The notes: a model not told the origin generated them from the letters alone. A stretch of 60,427 nucleotides of DNA from Deltaproteobacteria bacterium (GCA_020353215.1 CP070692.1:66139-126565), one strand, 5' to 3'; shown: positions 38,405-48,218, counted from the stretch's first letter. A program made the numbers and translations.

Positions 38405-38420
38405 TGGCGCAAAGATTGCA
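38405..38420 (+). promoter_or_regulatory. sigma-54 (-24/-12) type promoter upstream of the cNMP/FHA gene
   Basis: TGGCGC-aaaga-TTGCA has correct GG-N10-GC spacing. It is intergenic, 110 nt upstream of the start at 38530. Confidence 0.5.
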
Positions 38421-38529
38421 CGCCACTGACCGAAAAGTTCACGTCCCAATGGAATTCTAAAGGAATGACGCGGGCTTGGATCGTCTCGGGGCGGAACCTG
38501 GGTGCAAATGTCGATTAGGGGACAAGTAA

Positions 38530-39279
38530 GTGAGTGACGTTGCAGGATTCGAGAGGGGACAGACAATCATTCAAGAAGGAACTGCCGGGTCTTTCGCCTA
38601 TTTGATTGTTTCAGGTTCAGTCGAAGTGTCCAAAAACGTTGGAGACGAGAAACTCGTGCTGTCTAGATTAGTCAAGGGTAGCATTTTTGGAGAGATGAGC
38701 CTTGTAGACGAAAAACCCCGCTCCGCCACGGTCGTTGCCTTAGAAGATACTCAGGTGAGAGTCATAACCAGAGAGCACTTTGAATCCATGCTGGAGAGGA
38801 ATCCTCGGGCCGCTCTACCCCTGCTCAAGCAGGTTTTTCAGCGTGTCAGATACCTGAACCAGATGGTATCTGCCTTCTGTGGTCAGGACAGCACCCGGAC
38901 TCTAGATCAGGCAGTTAGGCCTTTGCGACTGACACCCTTGACCGATCAAGCAGAGCGAGCCATGCAAGGCAATCAATTGGATATTACCAAGATGCCTTTT
39001 CAAATCGGCAGGTCGACCAACGATAGCGTTTTTGGCTCTAACGATCTGGATTTGCAGGACATTGAGCCCTATAGAATTTCTCGCTGTCAATGCCTGATAA
39101 CCATTGTGGATAACACTTATTATTTGGTTGATACGGTGAGCAGTGGCGGAACATCGATTGACGGCACCAAGATTGGTGGACGGGAAGCAGAAAGACGTCT
39201 TGCCCTAGGCAAGGGTAAACATCGCTTGGTATTAGGGGGCGAGGAGTCGCCTTTCGTTTTCGAACTGGAGATCCCTTGA
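38530..39279 (+). CDS. cyclic-nucleotide-binding domain / FHA domain fusion protein
   Basis: The N-terminal cNMP fold is EGTAGSFAYLIVSGSVEV...GEMSL...RSATVVA. The C-terminal FHA-like region is FQIGRS....DL.L....ISR.Q.LI......YYLVD..S.GGT.IDG. The start is GTG, immediately after an in-frame TAA. Confidence 0.8.
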   Translation: MSDVAGFERGQTIIQEGTAGSFAYLIVSGSVEVSKNVGDEKLVLSRLVKGSIFGEMSLVDEKPRSATVVALEDTQVRVITREHFESMLERNPRAALPLLKQVFQRVRYLNQMVSAFCGQDSTRTLDQAVRPLRLTPLTDQAERAMQGNQLDITKMPFQIGRSTNDSVFGSNDLDLQDIEPYRISRCQCLITIVDNTYYLVDTVSSGGTSIDGTKIGGREAERRLALGKGKHRLVLGGEESPFVFELEIP

Positions 39280-39291
39280 GGAGTTTGCAGC

Positions 39292-39307
39292 TGGCATGCC
39301 TCTTGCC
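39292..39307 (+). promoter_or_regulatory. sigma-54 (-24/-12) type promoter upstream of the small exported-protein gene
   Basis: TGGCAT-gcctc-TTGCC has correct spacing. It starts 13 nt after the stop of the cNMP/FHA gene and 246 nt before the ATG at 39538. Confidence 0.45.
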
Positions 39308-39537
39308 GTTACACAAGGTTGCATTCGTATTTTGCATTAAGTTCTGAGGTCCTTCCCCGAGGGCGGTATGGAGTTGAGGCAGGAGACACGGCACAACTTG
39401 TAAATAATACAACCACTTGTCCGGGCTTGCCGCGATACTCCCATTGACAGGGCGAGTTACTGACTTGATCGGTTAACACAGGTTTGTTGATATTGTGATT
39501 TTTTTTTGAACGCTTAGGGTATACGGAAGGATAACCG

Positions 39538-39942
39538 ATGAACCCTTTAAAGCTATTCGTAATCATCGTCGCCTGGTTTAATCTGTCTACCCTAGTCCTT
39601 TTCCCGGCAGAGGCCAAAGAATTAAAGCTTAGCCCAGAATCGAAGCTGATCTATAACGAGACGGAAGACGAGGGGAAGTGTTGGACTGAAAACACCCTTG
39701 GCTATTGGTTCAAAGGTCTCCAATGGCTTGGGGTAAGTTTTGATAGCGGGTCTTTCAAATCAACTTCACCTGGCGACGAACAAACAGACATCCCAGAGTC
39801 AATTTTTGTCTTACTGCGTCATCACAAGGGGCAATTTCAGCCTTACATGGGCGTTAATCCTGGACTTCTCATTTCCGAAAAGGGCCTTGGTCTAGAATTT
39901 AGAGCACCGAGCGTCGTGTTCGGACTGTCTTACAGCTTCTAG
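39538..39942 (+). CDS. hypothetical exported protein (signal peptide; beta-rich; C-terminal aromatic residue)
   Basis: It has the signal peptide MNPLKLFVIIVAWFNLSTLVLFPAEA and ends in ..GLSYSF, like small outer-membrane beta-proteins. GGAAGGA lies upstream of the ATG. Confidence 0.55.
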   Translation: MNPLKLFVIIVAWFNLSTLVLFPAEAKELKLSPESKLIYNETEDEGKCWTENTLGYWFKGLQWLGVSFDSGSFKSTSPGDEQTDIPESIFVLLRHHKGQFQPYMGVNPGLLISEKGLGLEFRAPSVVFGLSYSF

Positions 39943-40109
39943 ATCAAGCTCGCAATCCCACCACCGTCGTAAGATCGTCCCACGGATAAACAGAAGTGAC
40001 CCTCATTCCAGTATTCTTACTAAACCTACCAACCCCATACTGCCAGCCTCACTCTACCAGGGCAGATGAATAGAGTATCGCAAGATGAGCGTTTTCCAGT
40101 TTTTTGTAT

Positions 40110-40125
40110 TGGCACTACTCTTGCA
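40110..40125 (+). promoter_or_regulatory. near-consensus sigma-54 (-24/-12) promoter
   Basis: TGGCAC-tactc-TTGCA at 40110-40125 matches TGGCAC-N5-TTGCA exactly. It is intergenic. Confidence 0.6.
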
Positions 40126-40135
40126 CTAATGACCA

Positions 40136-40245
40136 ACGAGGCGAGCATAGTGCTCCCGCCTTGGTGATCACTGTTTTTCAGTTAACCCCCGTCGATCCAC
40201 CGCGCAGACCACGCAGGGAGCAACACGGATCGACGGGGTTTTTTT
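40136..40245 (+). ncRNA. candidate sigma-54-dependent small RNA (about 110 nt)
   Basis: The predicted TSS lies about 12 nt after the -12 element. There is a 5' hairpin GAGCA-tag-TGCTC (40143-40155). A perfect 12-bp stem pairs ccccgtcgatcc (40187-40198) with ggatcgacgggg (40227-40238), followed by T7 (40239-40245). No credible ORF lies between promoter and terminator. Confidence 0.45.
40187..40245 (+). terminator. strong stem plus U-run terminator (3' end of the sRNA candidate, or a distant terminator of the 39538 gene)
   Basis: A 12-bp perfect GC-rich stem (14 bp with flanking A-U pairs) carries an unusually large 28-nt loop and is followed by ttttttt. Confidence 0.65.
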
Positions 40246-41015
40246 CTTCTGGCCTTCCCTGCCACCCGGAAATGTTTAAATACAAACACGAGAATCAACC
40301 AATGGATAGGCATTTCAATCAGTCAGCTTGATCCCGCCGGTTGATAGGGCAAAGCGTGTCGACCCCGACGCAAGAATTGCCGTGGCCATAGACCTTAATG
40401 CTGCAAATAAGACCGGCCAAAACCTCTGCGCTAGAGCCATAGGGCGTTTTTCCTCGATGTAGTTCTGCAAAATTCGGCTAGACTCTGCCAGTATTCTGAG
40501 CCTGGAAACCCGGGTTAGGAAGAACAAAACTATGAACTGTCAAGTTATTAGTTGGAGTCCTCGCCAGTTCTGACAGCTCAATGTCTACCTTTTGCTTTAT
40601 GACTTGCCAGTTCTGCGAAGGATGCCCATACCAGGTAATGAGGCCGGAAGTTGGACCCGTCCGGAGTGCGGTTGAGACTCGCACTATTTAGTGAACCATC
40701 GAAACGTAATGGACACGAAGGGATATTCGCCCAACGAGATAAAGAAATTGCCCCATGGATCGTATTTGATGATAAGCAAAGTGGGCGAGCTGTTAGCTAT
40801 CTGGGTGTAGTCGAGACAATTTAATCAACTGTAACTTGAATCCAGATACTGAGATGGAGTATTGTGGAAGATCAGGTGTTTTCCCGGAACTTGAATTGAT
40901 GGTATCGCAACATGGTTGGTCGCAGGACGATCTGAGCCGCTGCGGTTGATCATCTGCGAAACTCGAAATTTGGATGGCTGGGTCTATTGTGCATCAGTTG
41001 ACTTGGAGGATATCG

Positions 41016-41708
41016 ATGGAAGCAAGATTTGCAGCGATTGTCTCTATCCTTCTTCTTTTGATCACCTTTGTCCCCATGACGTTCGCTGAAGAAGAATCAG
41101 GGCTGTCGACAATTGAGGTTGTAGGCACGGGGAAAATCCTGGCAAGGCCGAATCTTGCTACAATTTCCCTTTCAGTCGAGACCAATGCGAGAGAGGCTGA
41201 ACAAGCTATCAAAGAAAATGCCGCTCGTACGAAGCAGCTTCTGCACGCTCTCAAAAGAATTGTCAAAGCGAATGGGAGACTTACAACATCAGATTTTACC
41301 CTCTCACCGATCTACGAAAAAGAAAAAAGGTTACATCCAACTGGATTTCGCGTTAGGAATATGATCACGCTACAGACAAAAAGTTTGGAAAATGTCGGTA
41401 CTTATATAGATGAGGCGTCGAAAATGGGAGCAAGTCGTATTGCAAGCCTGACATTTAGTAACGACAATGAGAAACAATTGAGAAAAGAAGCTGCGGCCGA
41501 AGCCGTACGCCAAGCAATAAAGTCTGCGGAAATCCTGGGGAAAGCAGCCGGACTGACTATCAAGAGAATTAGCAAAATCAGTTATGCACCGAGCGCACCT
41601 GTGCGTCCCTACAGGTCCGAGGCCAGTTTTACAGCAATTCGAACACCTATCGAAGTTGGCGATATTTCTATTGAAGCGCGAGTTAACGTTATCTTCGAGG
41701 CCAACTAG
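41016..41708 (+). CDS. SIMPL-domain (DUF541 / BP26-like) periplasmic protein
   Basis: After the signal peptide, the sequence TIEVVGTGKILARPNLATISLSVETNA..A..A..ENA is typical of SIMPL. GGAGGA lies 6 nt upstream of the ATG at 41016. Confidence 0.8.
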   Translation: MEARFAAIVSILLLLITFVPMTFAEEESGLSTIEVVGTGKILARPNLATISLSVETNAREAEQAIKENAARTKQLLHALKRIVKANGRLTTSDFTLSPIYEKEKRLHPTGFRVRNMITLQTKSLENVGTYIDEASKMGASRIASLTFSNDNEKQLRKEAAAEAVRQAIKSAEILGKAAGLTIKRISKISYAPSAPVRPYRSEASFTAIRTPIEVGDISIEARVNVIFEAN

Positions 41709-42071
41709 TTGCAGGTTAGTAACCTGTGTTGCATTGACTAGATATCTGATGTCTTCGATCATCGTATGCCAGTTCGGCACCTTACAACCCGATAGCTCGT
41801 CCGGATTATTCACGACACGGTGTCGCGAGACCATGTAACTGGGGCCCTCATAGAAGGGGTGGGGGCTGAGCGGAGCGGAGCGAGCGCGAAGAGGATGGAC
41901 GTTCCACTGGGCAACCATCCCGCGGGACTTGAATCTGAGGCGTACTTTAATAGTGCGTCGCGCAGGGTGCGAGGCTCGAAAAGCCCGGAAGCAGGGTCGT
42001 ATATCAGGTCGCAACCGGCGGTGCGTGAATGGTGAGGGCTAGCAGCGGAGCTGGGATACAGGGTCAGTATC

Positions 42072-42665
42072 TTGGTCAGTTTGGAAGAAAGGTTGGACGC
42101 GGTGTCCACTTTCATCTTGGCGTTCATCGTTCTGATTGGAACCCTTTTCGGGCTAAAGATCGCCTATGTTGTGTCAACCGCCCTGGTTCTTCCCACCACG
42201 CAGGGGGCACTCTACGTCTCAACCTCCCGGGTGCGAGTACTAGCGTTTTTGGACGCTGTACCGATGCAAGAAGGGCAACTTCTGGTTGACTTGGGCTGCG
42301 GAGATGGGCGTGTTCTTCGGGCGGCTCGGAAACGTTACGGTGTCAGAGGGCTCGGATACGAACTAAATCTATTGGCTTATCTCAAAGCTCAATTGCTGTG
42401 TCTTGGTAGCAAAGGGATTGAAATCAGGAGGCGCAACTTTTGGACGGCAGATTTATCCGAAGCTGATACTATCTTCTGCTATCTGTTTCCTGACGTCATG
42501 AAGAAGCTTTCGGCAAAGCTTAAATTCGATCTCAAACCAGGAGCTGTGGTCGTCTCATGCAACTTCGTTTTGCCGGGTTTTAATCCGGACCTGGTTTTGC
42601 GCCCAGGCAATTCATTAGACAGGGACCCTATCTACGTCTATCAGCTGGAGAAGAGTCAAACTTGA
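42072..42665 (+). CDS. class I SAM-dependent methyltransferase with N-terminal TM helix
   Basis: It has motif I LLVDLGCGDGRVL and post-I GYELN. The start is uncertain (TTG 42072; downstream TTG/GTG alternatives exist). Confidence 0.7.
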   Translation: MVSLEERLDAVSTFILAFIVLIGTLFGLKIAYVVSTALVLPTTQGALYVSTSRVRVLAFLDAVPMQEGQLLVDLGCGDGRVLRAARKRYGVRGLGYELNLLAYLKAQLLCLGSKGIEIRRRNFWTADLSEADTIFCYLFPDVMKKLSAKLKFDLKPGAVVVSCNFVLPGFNPDLVLRPGNSLDRDPIYVYQLEKSQT

Positions 42666-43117
42666 GGGACACTCGGCCCCTCCCATCCTTTAAGATAAAG
42701 ACCTGGTTTTGACAAGGGCCCTTCTGTAACCACAACGGGCCTAGCACCGTTTTCAATTCCTTTGATGGCCTTGTTGTATTTCGCGCAGTTCTGATTCGTG
42801 TGGTGCGTTAACCCAGTTGTCCCAGGTTATCGCAGTGTCGTCTGGCATAGGCCTTGCTCAGAATGTGGACAAGCTGAATCTTCTCCTTTTTCAAGCATGG
42901 TAGCTTTTTGCTGCGACGGCGTTCACTTGGGGTTTTGGGAAGTCCAAGTGGGCGCTGAACTATCACACTTGAGGGTATCAATATTCGTACATCGGCATTC
43001 CCCAAGAAGCATCGATATTTTGGGCTGCAACCACTCCGTCCCCACTGTTCTGACGTACGTCACCAGATTGTCCCAACTCTTGCTCCCCCACAAAACAACC
43101 CGCCAGTGTCAACGAAA

Positions 43118-43147
43118 AAAAGGCAATCCGCCGTGTGGATTGCCTTG
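43118..43147 (-). terminator. intrinsic terminator of the alpha operon (after rplQ)
   Basis: On the minus strand it reads GGCAATCC-acacggc-GGATTGCC followed by TTTTTTT. Confidence 0.7.
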
Positions 43148-43171
43148 CCATGCAAATTCTCTAGACTATGA

Positions 43172-43825
43172 TTATTCTGTCTCAGCTTCCTCAGCAGATT
43201 CGGACGGATCATCTAAAGCCCGACTTTCCTCCGTCTCTTCAGTGGAATCTACGTCTTCGGATTCGGAAACAACCTTACTCGCAGCCGTCTTTTTCCCCTT
43301 CGTCTCCTCTTGCTCGTCTAGAGCACCCTGGCCTTTTCCTTCTCCTGGTTGTTGTGGCACTGTGCCGGAGTCTTCTATCTCTAGAGGTACAGGTGCTGCA
43401 GTGTCAGCTGCTGGTGCCGTTCGTGCCGTTTTCGGGGCCTTCCCTTTTCTTTTCTTCTTCTTTGCCGTCTCTCCCGTCATGAGTTCAATCAGGCTCATTG
43501 GCGCTCCGTCGCCAGCCCGAAAACCTACCTTGACGGTACGTGTATAGCCACCATTGCGTGCTTGATAACGTCGGGCCAAATCCGTGAAGAGTTTATCAAC
43601 CACTTGCTTGTTACGGATGACCCGCAGGGCCTGGCGTCTGGCATGGAGATCGCCCCGCTTGCCCAGCGTAATCATCCAATCCGCCCACCGTCTAAGTTCT
43701 TTAGCTTTGGCCTCGGTAGTATATATCCTTTCATGATCCAGGAGCGAGGTCACCATGTTGCGGAACATGGCCAACCTATGGCTGGAAGTACGGTTCAGTC
43801 TTCTGCCACTTTTGCCGTGCCTCAT
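43172..43825 (-). CDS. rplQ: 50S ribosomal protein L17 with a C-terminal extension of about 99 aa (basic stretch, then acidic low-complexity sequence)
   Basis: It has [24 protein letters not shown]...[24 protein letters not shown], then KKKKRKGK... and an E/D/S/T-rich tail. Confidence 0.95.
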   Translation of the reverse strand: MRHGKSGRRLNRTSSHRLAMFRNMVTSLLDHERIYTTEAKAKELRRWADWMITLGKRGDLHARRQALRVIRNKQVVDKLFTDLARRYQARNGGYTRTVKVGFRAGDGAPMSLIELMTGETAKKKKRKGKAPKTARTAPAADTAAPVPLEIEDSGTVPQQPGEGKGQGALDEQEETKGKKTAASKVVSESEDVDSTEETEESRALDDPSESAEEAETE

Positions 43826-44833
43826 TTATTCCTGTTCCTTTCTCGCTTCAATTTCCTCCCTCGAGGGGAAACCTTCCAGCTTCATACCCAAAGACAACCC
43901 CATTTCAGTCAGTATCTCTTTAATTTCATTGAGAGATTTTCTACCGAAATTCTTAGTTTTCAACATCTCCGCCTCTGTTTTCTGCACAAGCTCTCCAATA
44001 AGACGGATGTTGGCGTTCTTTAGACAATTGGCAGAACGCACTGATAACTCCAGTTCGTCCACAGAACGGAACAAGTTGTCGTTCAATTTGGGCTCTTCCG
44101 CAACTTCCTCTTTCGCTTCTATGTCCGGCTCCTCATCAAAGTTAATGAAAATGCTCACTTGTTCTTTGAGAATCTTGGCCGCATACGCAAGCGAGTCTTC
44201 TGGCATTACACTGCCGTCGGTCCATATTTCCATGGTCAGTTTATCGTAATCGGTAATTTGTCCTACACGGGCTTGGCTCACTACGTAATTCACCTTCCGA
44301 ATGGGAGAAAAAATCGCGTCCATGGGAATAGTACCGATGGGAGCTTCCTCCTCGACATTACGTTCGGCTGACACGTAGCCTCTCCCTGTTTTGACCTGCA
44401 TCTCCATGCTCAGTCTGCCGTCCTTAGAAAGAGAGGCAATGTGTTGTTCTTGGTTAAGTATCTCAACTTCCGGGGGGCAGATGAAGTCCCCTGCCCGCAA
44501 CGTGCCTTCCCCCATCATTTCCGCCCGAATTGCCTTAGGCCCTTCTCCGTGCAGTTTGACCCTGACCTCTTTCAAGTTCAAAATAATGTCAGTGACATCT
44601 TCGCGAACCCCCGGAATCGTGGAAAACTCATGAAGAACTCCGTCGATTCGCACGGTTGTGATCGCTGAACCCTGAAGAGATGAGAGCAAAATGCGCCTCA
44701 AAGCGTTGCCTATGGTGATCCCAAAGCCTCGCTCCAATGGTTCGCAAGAAAACTTTCCAAAGAACTGTGATGCGGTCTTGGGTTCAAGTTCCAGCCGTTT
44801 CGGATTGATTAGTTCACGCCAATTTCGATGCAT
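43826..44833 (-). CDS. rpoA: DNA-directed RNA polymerase alpha subunit
   Basis: It has [15 protein letters not shown]... and the alpha-CTD region [24 protein letters not shown] lies upstream of the ATG at 44833. Confidence 0.95.
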   Translation of the reverse strand: MHRNWRELINPKRLELEPKTASQFFGKFSCEPLERGFGITIGNALRRILLSSLQGSAITTVRIDGVLHEFSTIPGVREDVTDIILNLKEVRVKLHGEGPKAIRAEMMGEGTLRAGDFICPPEVEILNQEQHIASLSKDGRLSMEMQVKTGRGYVSAERNVEEEAPIGTIPMDAIFSPIRKVNYVVSQARVGQITDYDKLTMEIWTDGSVMPEDSLAYAAKILKEQVSIFINFDEEPDIEAKEEVAEEPKLNDNLFRSVDELELSVRSANCLKNANIRLIGELVQKTEAEMLKTKNFGRKSLNEIKEILTEMGLSLGMKLEGFPSREEIEARKEQE

Positions 44834-44922
44834 GTTGGTTCCCCTCATGCAAATCCCATCCTGGCCGAAGACTAGACGCGCAGCAAAAAATAGATAGCGG
44901 GAACTCGGCCAGAAGTGGAGGT

Positions 44923-45549
44923 CTATTTAGAGTAAAGCTCAACAATGAGCTGTTCTTGAATCGGCATAGTCAGCTCGTCTCGTGTCGGAAAAGCCTTGAC
45001 CGTCCCTCTGAACTTTTCCCTGTCCAACTCCAACCACTGCGGCACCCCACGCCGAGCCACCGCCTCCATTGCTTCCACGATGGGCACGATGCTGCGACTC
45101 TTTTCTTTAACCTCCACGGTGTCGTCTTCCTTAATCAGATAGGAGGGGATATTAACGCGTGTGCCGTTCACTGAGAAGTGGTTGTGGCGGACCAACTGCC
45201 TCGCTTGAGCCCTGGAATTTGCAAAGCCCATGCGGTACACCACGTTGTCGAAACGTCTTTCCAGCAGGATTAGAAGGTTGTTACCGGTTATTCCTTTCTG
45301 CCGCTCTGCTTTGCGGAAATAGAATCGAAACTGGCGCTCCAGCAGACCATACATACGCTTGACTTTCTGCTTTTCGCGCAACTGTATGCCGTAGTCGGAA
45401 AACTTCTTCCGCCCTTGTCCGTGCTGTCCAGGGGGATAGCTACGTCGTTCGTAGGCACACTTGTCAGAGTAACAACGGTCCCCCTTAAGAAACAGTTTAA
45501 GATTTTCGCGACGACATATGCGACATACAGAATCAGTATATCGAGCCAA
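44923..45549 (-). CDS. rpsD: 30S ribosomal protein S4
   Basis: It has [26 protein letters not shown]... (zinc-finger type S4). Confidence 0.95.
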   Translation of the reverse strand: MARYTDSVCRICRRENLKLFLKGDRCYSDKCAYERRSYPPGQHGQGRKKFSDYGIQLREKQKVKRMYGLLERQFRFYFRKAERQKGITGNNLLILLERRFDNVVYRMGFANSRAQARQLVRHNHFSVNGTRVNIPSYLIKEDDTVEVKEKSRSIVPIVEAMEAVARRGVPQWLELDREKFRGTVKAFPTRDELTMPIQEQLIVELYSK

Positions 45550-45564
45550 AGTAAACCTCCTTGC

Positions 45565-45960
45565 TCATACGCGCCGTCTCTTGGGAGGACGGCATCCGTT
45601 GTGGGGAATGGGCGTCACGTCCCTGATGAGCGTCACGTTAAAGCCAGCTGCCTGTAACGCTCTCAGTGCAGCCTCTCTACCGGACCCTGGTCCCTTGACG
45701 TAAACCTCGATGTTCTGCATACCATGTTCTTGGGCTTTTTTGGCCGCGTCTTCCGCTGCAAGCTGTGCTGCGAACGGTGTGCTTTTGCGAGAGCCCTTAA
45801 AACCCTGACTGCCTGCGCTGGACCAGGCAATGACATTGCCACTCATATCTGTAATTGTAATGATGGTGTTGTTAAAGGTCGATTGGATGTGGGCAATGCC
45901 GTTTAGGATGTTCTTGCGCTCTTTCTTTTTCCGTGGACTCCTGCCCTTTGCCTTGGCCAT
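45565..45960 (-). CDS. rpsK: 30S ribosomal protein S11
   Basis: It has [20 protein letters not shown]...WSSAG. AGGAGGAG lies upstream of the ATG at 45960. Confidence 0.95.
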   Translation of the reverse strand: MAKAKGRSPRKKKERKNILNGIAHIQSTFNNTIITITDMSGNVIAWSSAGSQGFKGSRKSTPFAAQLAAEDAAKKAQEHGMQNIEVYVKGPGSGREAALRALQAAGFNVTLIRDVTPIPHNGCRPPKRRRV

Positions 45961-45978
45961 TTCTCCTCCTGCCTGCAA

Positions 45979-46350
45979 CTACTTCTTACGTCGACCGATC
46001 ATGGAACGACGAGGTCCTTTCCGAGTACGGGCATTAGTATGCGTACGTTGGCCCCGAACCGGCATGCCCCTACGGTGCCGAAGCCCGCGATAGGAACCCA
46101 GATCCATGAGCCGCTTGATATTCATGGAGACCTCAGTCCTTAAATCCCCCTCAACCTTGTAATCGCTGTCAATTGTGCGGCGAATGCGATTGATCTCATC
46201 CTCGGTGAGGAGATCGGACTTGGTGTGGCGGTCGACTTGGGCCTTGTCCAATATTGCTTGAGATGTGGTGCGCCCGATCCCGTAAATGTACGTAAGAGCA
46301 ATCTCGATACGTTTATTCTTGGGCAAATCAATGCCAGCAATACGTGCCAA
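45979..46350 (-). CDS. rpsM: 30S ribosomal protein S13
   Basis: It has [26 protein letters not shown]. Confidence 0.95.
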   Translation of the reverse strand: MARIAGIDLPKNKRIEIALTYIYGIGRTTSQAILDKAQVDRHTKSDLLTEDEINRIRRTIDSDYKVEGDLRTEVSMNIKRLMDLGSYRGLRHRRGMPVRGQRTHTNARTRKGPRRSMIGRRKK

Positions 46351-46366
46351 TGGTCACCCTCCGTTA

Positions 46367-46480
46367 CTATCCCTGACGCTGCTTGTGTCGGGGATTTTCA
46401 CAAATGACGCGTACAACACCATGACGCCGAATGATTTTACACTTCCGGCAAATTCGCTTTACCGAAGCCCGTACTTTCAT
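46367..46480 (-). CDS. rpmJ: 50S ribosomal protein L36
   Basis: This ORF is below the track cutoff and was translated manually: [37 protein letters not shown]. Confidence 0.9.
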   Translation of the reverse strand: MKVRASVKRICRKCKIIRRHGVVRVICENPRHKQRQG

Positions 46481-46539
46481 AACGCGTTTTCCACCCTCCC
46501 GCACCCCAGCGGTAGCTTCGCCATCCAAAGTAACCGTGG

Positions 46540-46758
46540 TTACTTGGCCCGGTAAGTGATTCTTCCTCGATTGAGATCGTAAGGGGACAGTTCAACAGTT
46601 ACCCTGTCTCCGGGAAGTATCTTAATGAAATGCATGCGCATCTTCCCAGATATATGGGCGAGAATCCGATGGCCGTTTTCCAACTCCACCCGAAACATCG
46701 CGTTGGGCAGAGGCTCCACCACTGTACCCTCAACCTCTATCGCTTCTTCTTTAGCCAT
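46540..46758 (-). CDS. infA: translation initiation factor IF-1
   Basis: It has [40 protein letters not shown]...I. Confidence 0.95.
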   Translation of the reverse strand: MAKEEAIEVEGTVVEPLPNAMFRVELENGHRILAHISGKMRMHFIKILPGDRVTVELSPYDLNRGRITYRAK

Positions 46759-46810
46759 TAACTCCTCCAGCTTGACATCCCCGCCAGGCCAGGCGCGGAA
46801 TGGGCAACTG

Positions 46811-47569
46811 CTAAAGTCTTGAGAGGATCTCTGGCCTGTTATCGGAGATAGCCACCGAGTGCTCGAAGTGAGCCGAAAGCTGTCGGTCCTTGGTCACCGC
46901 GGTCCACCCGTCCGCCAGAATCTCGACACCGCTCTCTCCCCGATTGATCATCGGCTCGATGGCTAACACCATGCCGGTCTTAAGCCGAACGCCGAGGCCG
47001 GGTGCTCCATAGTTGGGAATCTGGGGACTCTCGTGCAGGCTTCTGCCGATGCCATGCCCCACAAATTCCCGCACCACGGAAAAGCCCCTTGCCTCCACAT
47101 AACTCTGTATAGCATGAGATATGTCTGAGAGGCGATTCCCGGTCACAGCCTGCGCAATCCCCTGGTACAAAGATTCCTCTGTTGCTTGGATCAAAGCTTC
47201 GGACGTATCATCTACTTTTCCCACCGGAACGGTAATGGCCGCATCGCCATAATAGTCCCGATAAATAACGCCAAAGTCCAGACTGATGATGTCGCCCTCC
47301 CTCAGAATACGTTTGCGGGAGGGCATGCCGTGAACAACTTCCTCGTTCACTGAGGCGCACAAGGCGTAAGGAAATCCATTGTATCCCTTAAAAGCAGGAC
47401 GGGCACGGCGCTTGACCGCCAGACGCTCGGCGAGTTCGTTGAGATACATGGTACTGATTCCCGGGATGATCCGTGCCTTGAGCTCGGCCAGAATCTCCGC
47501 GACGATTCGGTTGGCATCCCGCATAACAGCAATCTCTTGCGGAGACTTCAAATGAATCAAGGCCTGCAA
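46811..47569 (-). CDS. map: type I methionine aminopeptidase
   Basis: It has the metal-ligand regions [14 protein letters not shown] and AIEPM. The start is TTG. Confidence 0.9.
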   Translation of the reverse strand: MQALIHLKSPQEIAVMRDANRIVAEILAELKARIIPGISTMYLNELAERLAVKRRARPAFKGYNGFPYALCASVNEEVVHGMPSRKRILREGDIISLDFGVIYRDYYGDAAITVPVGKVDDTSEALIQATEESLYQGIAQAVTGNRLSDISHAIQSYVEARGFSVVREFVGHGIGRSLHESPQIPNYGAPGLGVRLKTGMVLAIEPMINRGESGVEILADGWTAVTKDRQLSAHFEHSVAISDNRPEILSRL

Positions 47570-47576
47570 TCCTTCT

Positions 47577-48218
47577 TTAGGAAAGTACCTGCGTGACCCG
47601 GTTGAAAACCTCCTTGATTTCGCCTACCCCCTCGATGGGTCTCACTTTACCTTGCGTTTTATAGTAGTCGATGAGCGGCATGGTTTGGGACTCATACACT
47701 TGCAGGCGTGACGTTACAGTCTCGACATTGTCATCGTCCCGCTGGTAAAGCTCGCCCCCGCACTTGTCGCAGACGCCTTCCTGTTTAGGTGGGTCAAACA
47801 TCACGTGGAAGCCGGCACCACACTCACGGCAGGTACGTCTGCCGGTAAGGCGCTTGACCAATTCCTCATTATCCACCTCAATGCTCACCACATGATCGAT
47901 CTCAGAGCCAAGGTTCTGAAGCATTCCGTCCAAGGCCTCTGCTTGAGGAACGGTCCGGGGAAAACCATCCAACATATAACCCGTCTTGCAGTCCGGCTGC
48001 TGTAACCGTTCTTCCACGATTCCAATCACTACCGAATCGGGCACCAGCTGACCTTTGTCCATATAGCTCCTGGCCTCTTTCCCCAGTGTGGTTCCATCCT
48101 TTACAGCGGCCCGCAGAATATCCCCGGTTGATATCTGAGGAATTTGGTATGTTTCAACGAGCATTTTTGCCTGGGTGCCCTTTCCTGCTCCGGGTGGCCC
48201 CAAAAGAATAAGGTTCAT
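47577..48218 (-). CDS. adk: adenylate kinase (zinc-lid type)
   Basis: It has GPPGAGKGTQ and the lid motif CRECG...CDKCGG. Confidence 0.95.
   Translation of the reverse strand: MNLILLGPPGAGKGTQAKMLVETYQIPQISTGDILRAAVKDGTTLGKEARSYMDKGQLVPDSVVIGIVEERLQQPDCKTGYMLDGFPRTVPQAEALDGMLQNLGSEIDHVVSIEVDNEELVKRLTGRRTCRECGAGFHVMFDPPKQEGVCDKCGGELYQRDDDNVETVTSRLQVYESQTMPLIDYYKTQGKVRPIEGVGEIKEVFNRVTQVLS

Noticed and set aside
40104-40331. 75-aa plus-strand ORF
   Set aside because: It reads straight through the sigma-54 promoter and the 12-bp terminator stem. Its composition is implausible and it has no SD.
41370-42014. 214-aa minus-strand ORF
   Set aside because: It is antisense to the SIMPL gene over most of its length and is Arg/Cys-rich.
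42808-43005. 65-aa minus-strand ORF whose middle (..PKTPSERRRSKKLPCLKKEKIQLVHILSKA..) vaguely resembles the linker region of tyrosine recombinases (possible integrase remnant downstream of rplQ)
   Set aside because: The resemblance is a short basic pattern only. There are no catalytic-domain remnants in adjacent frames and no flanking repeats or tRNA.
42798-43547. 249-aa plus-strand ORF
   Set aside because: Its 3' half is antisense to the rplQ tail and gives Ser/Cys/Phe-rich low-complexity sequence. Its 5' half lies in non-coding DNA. It has no SD.
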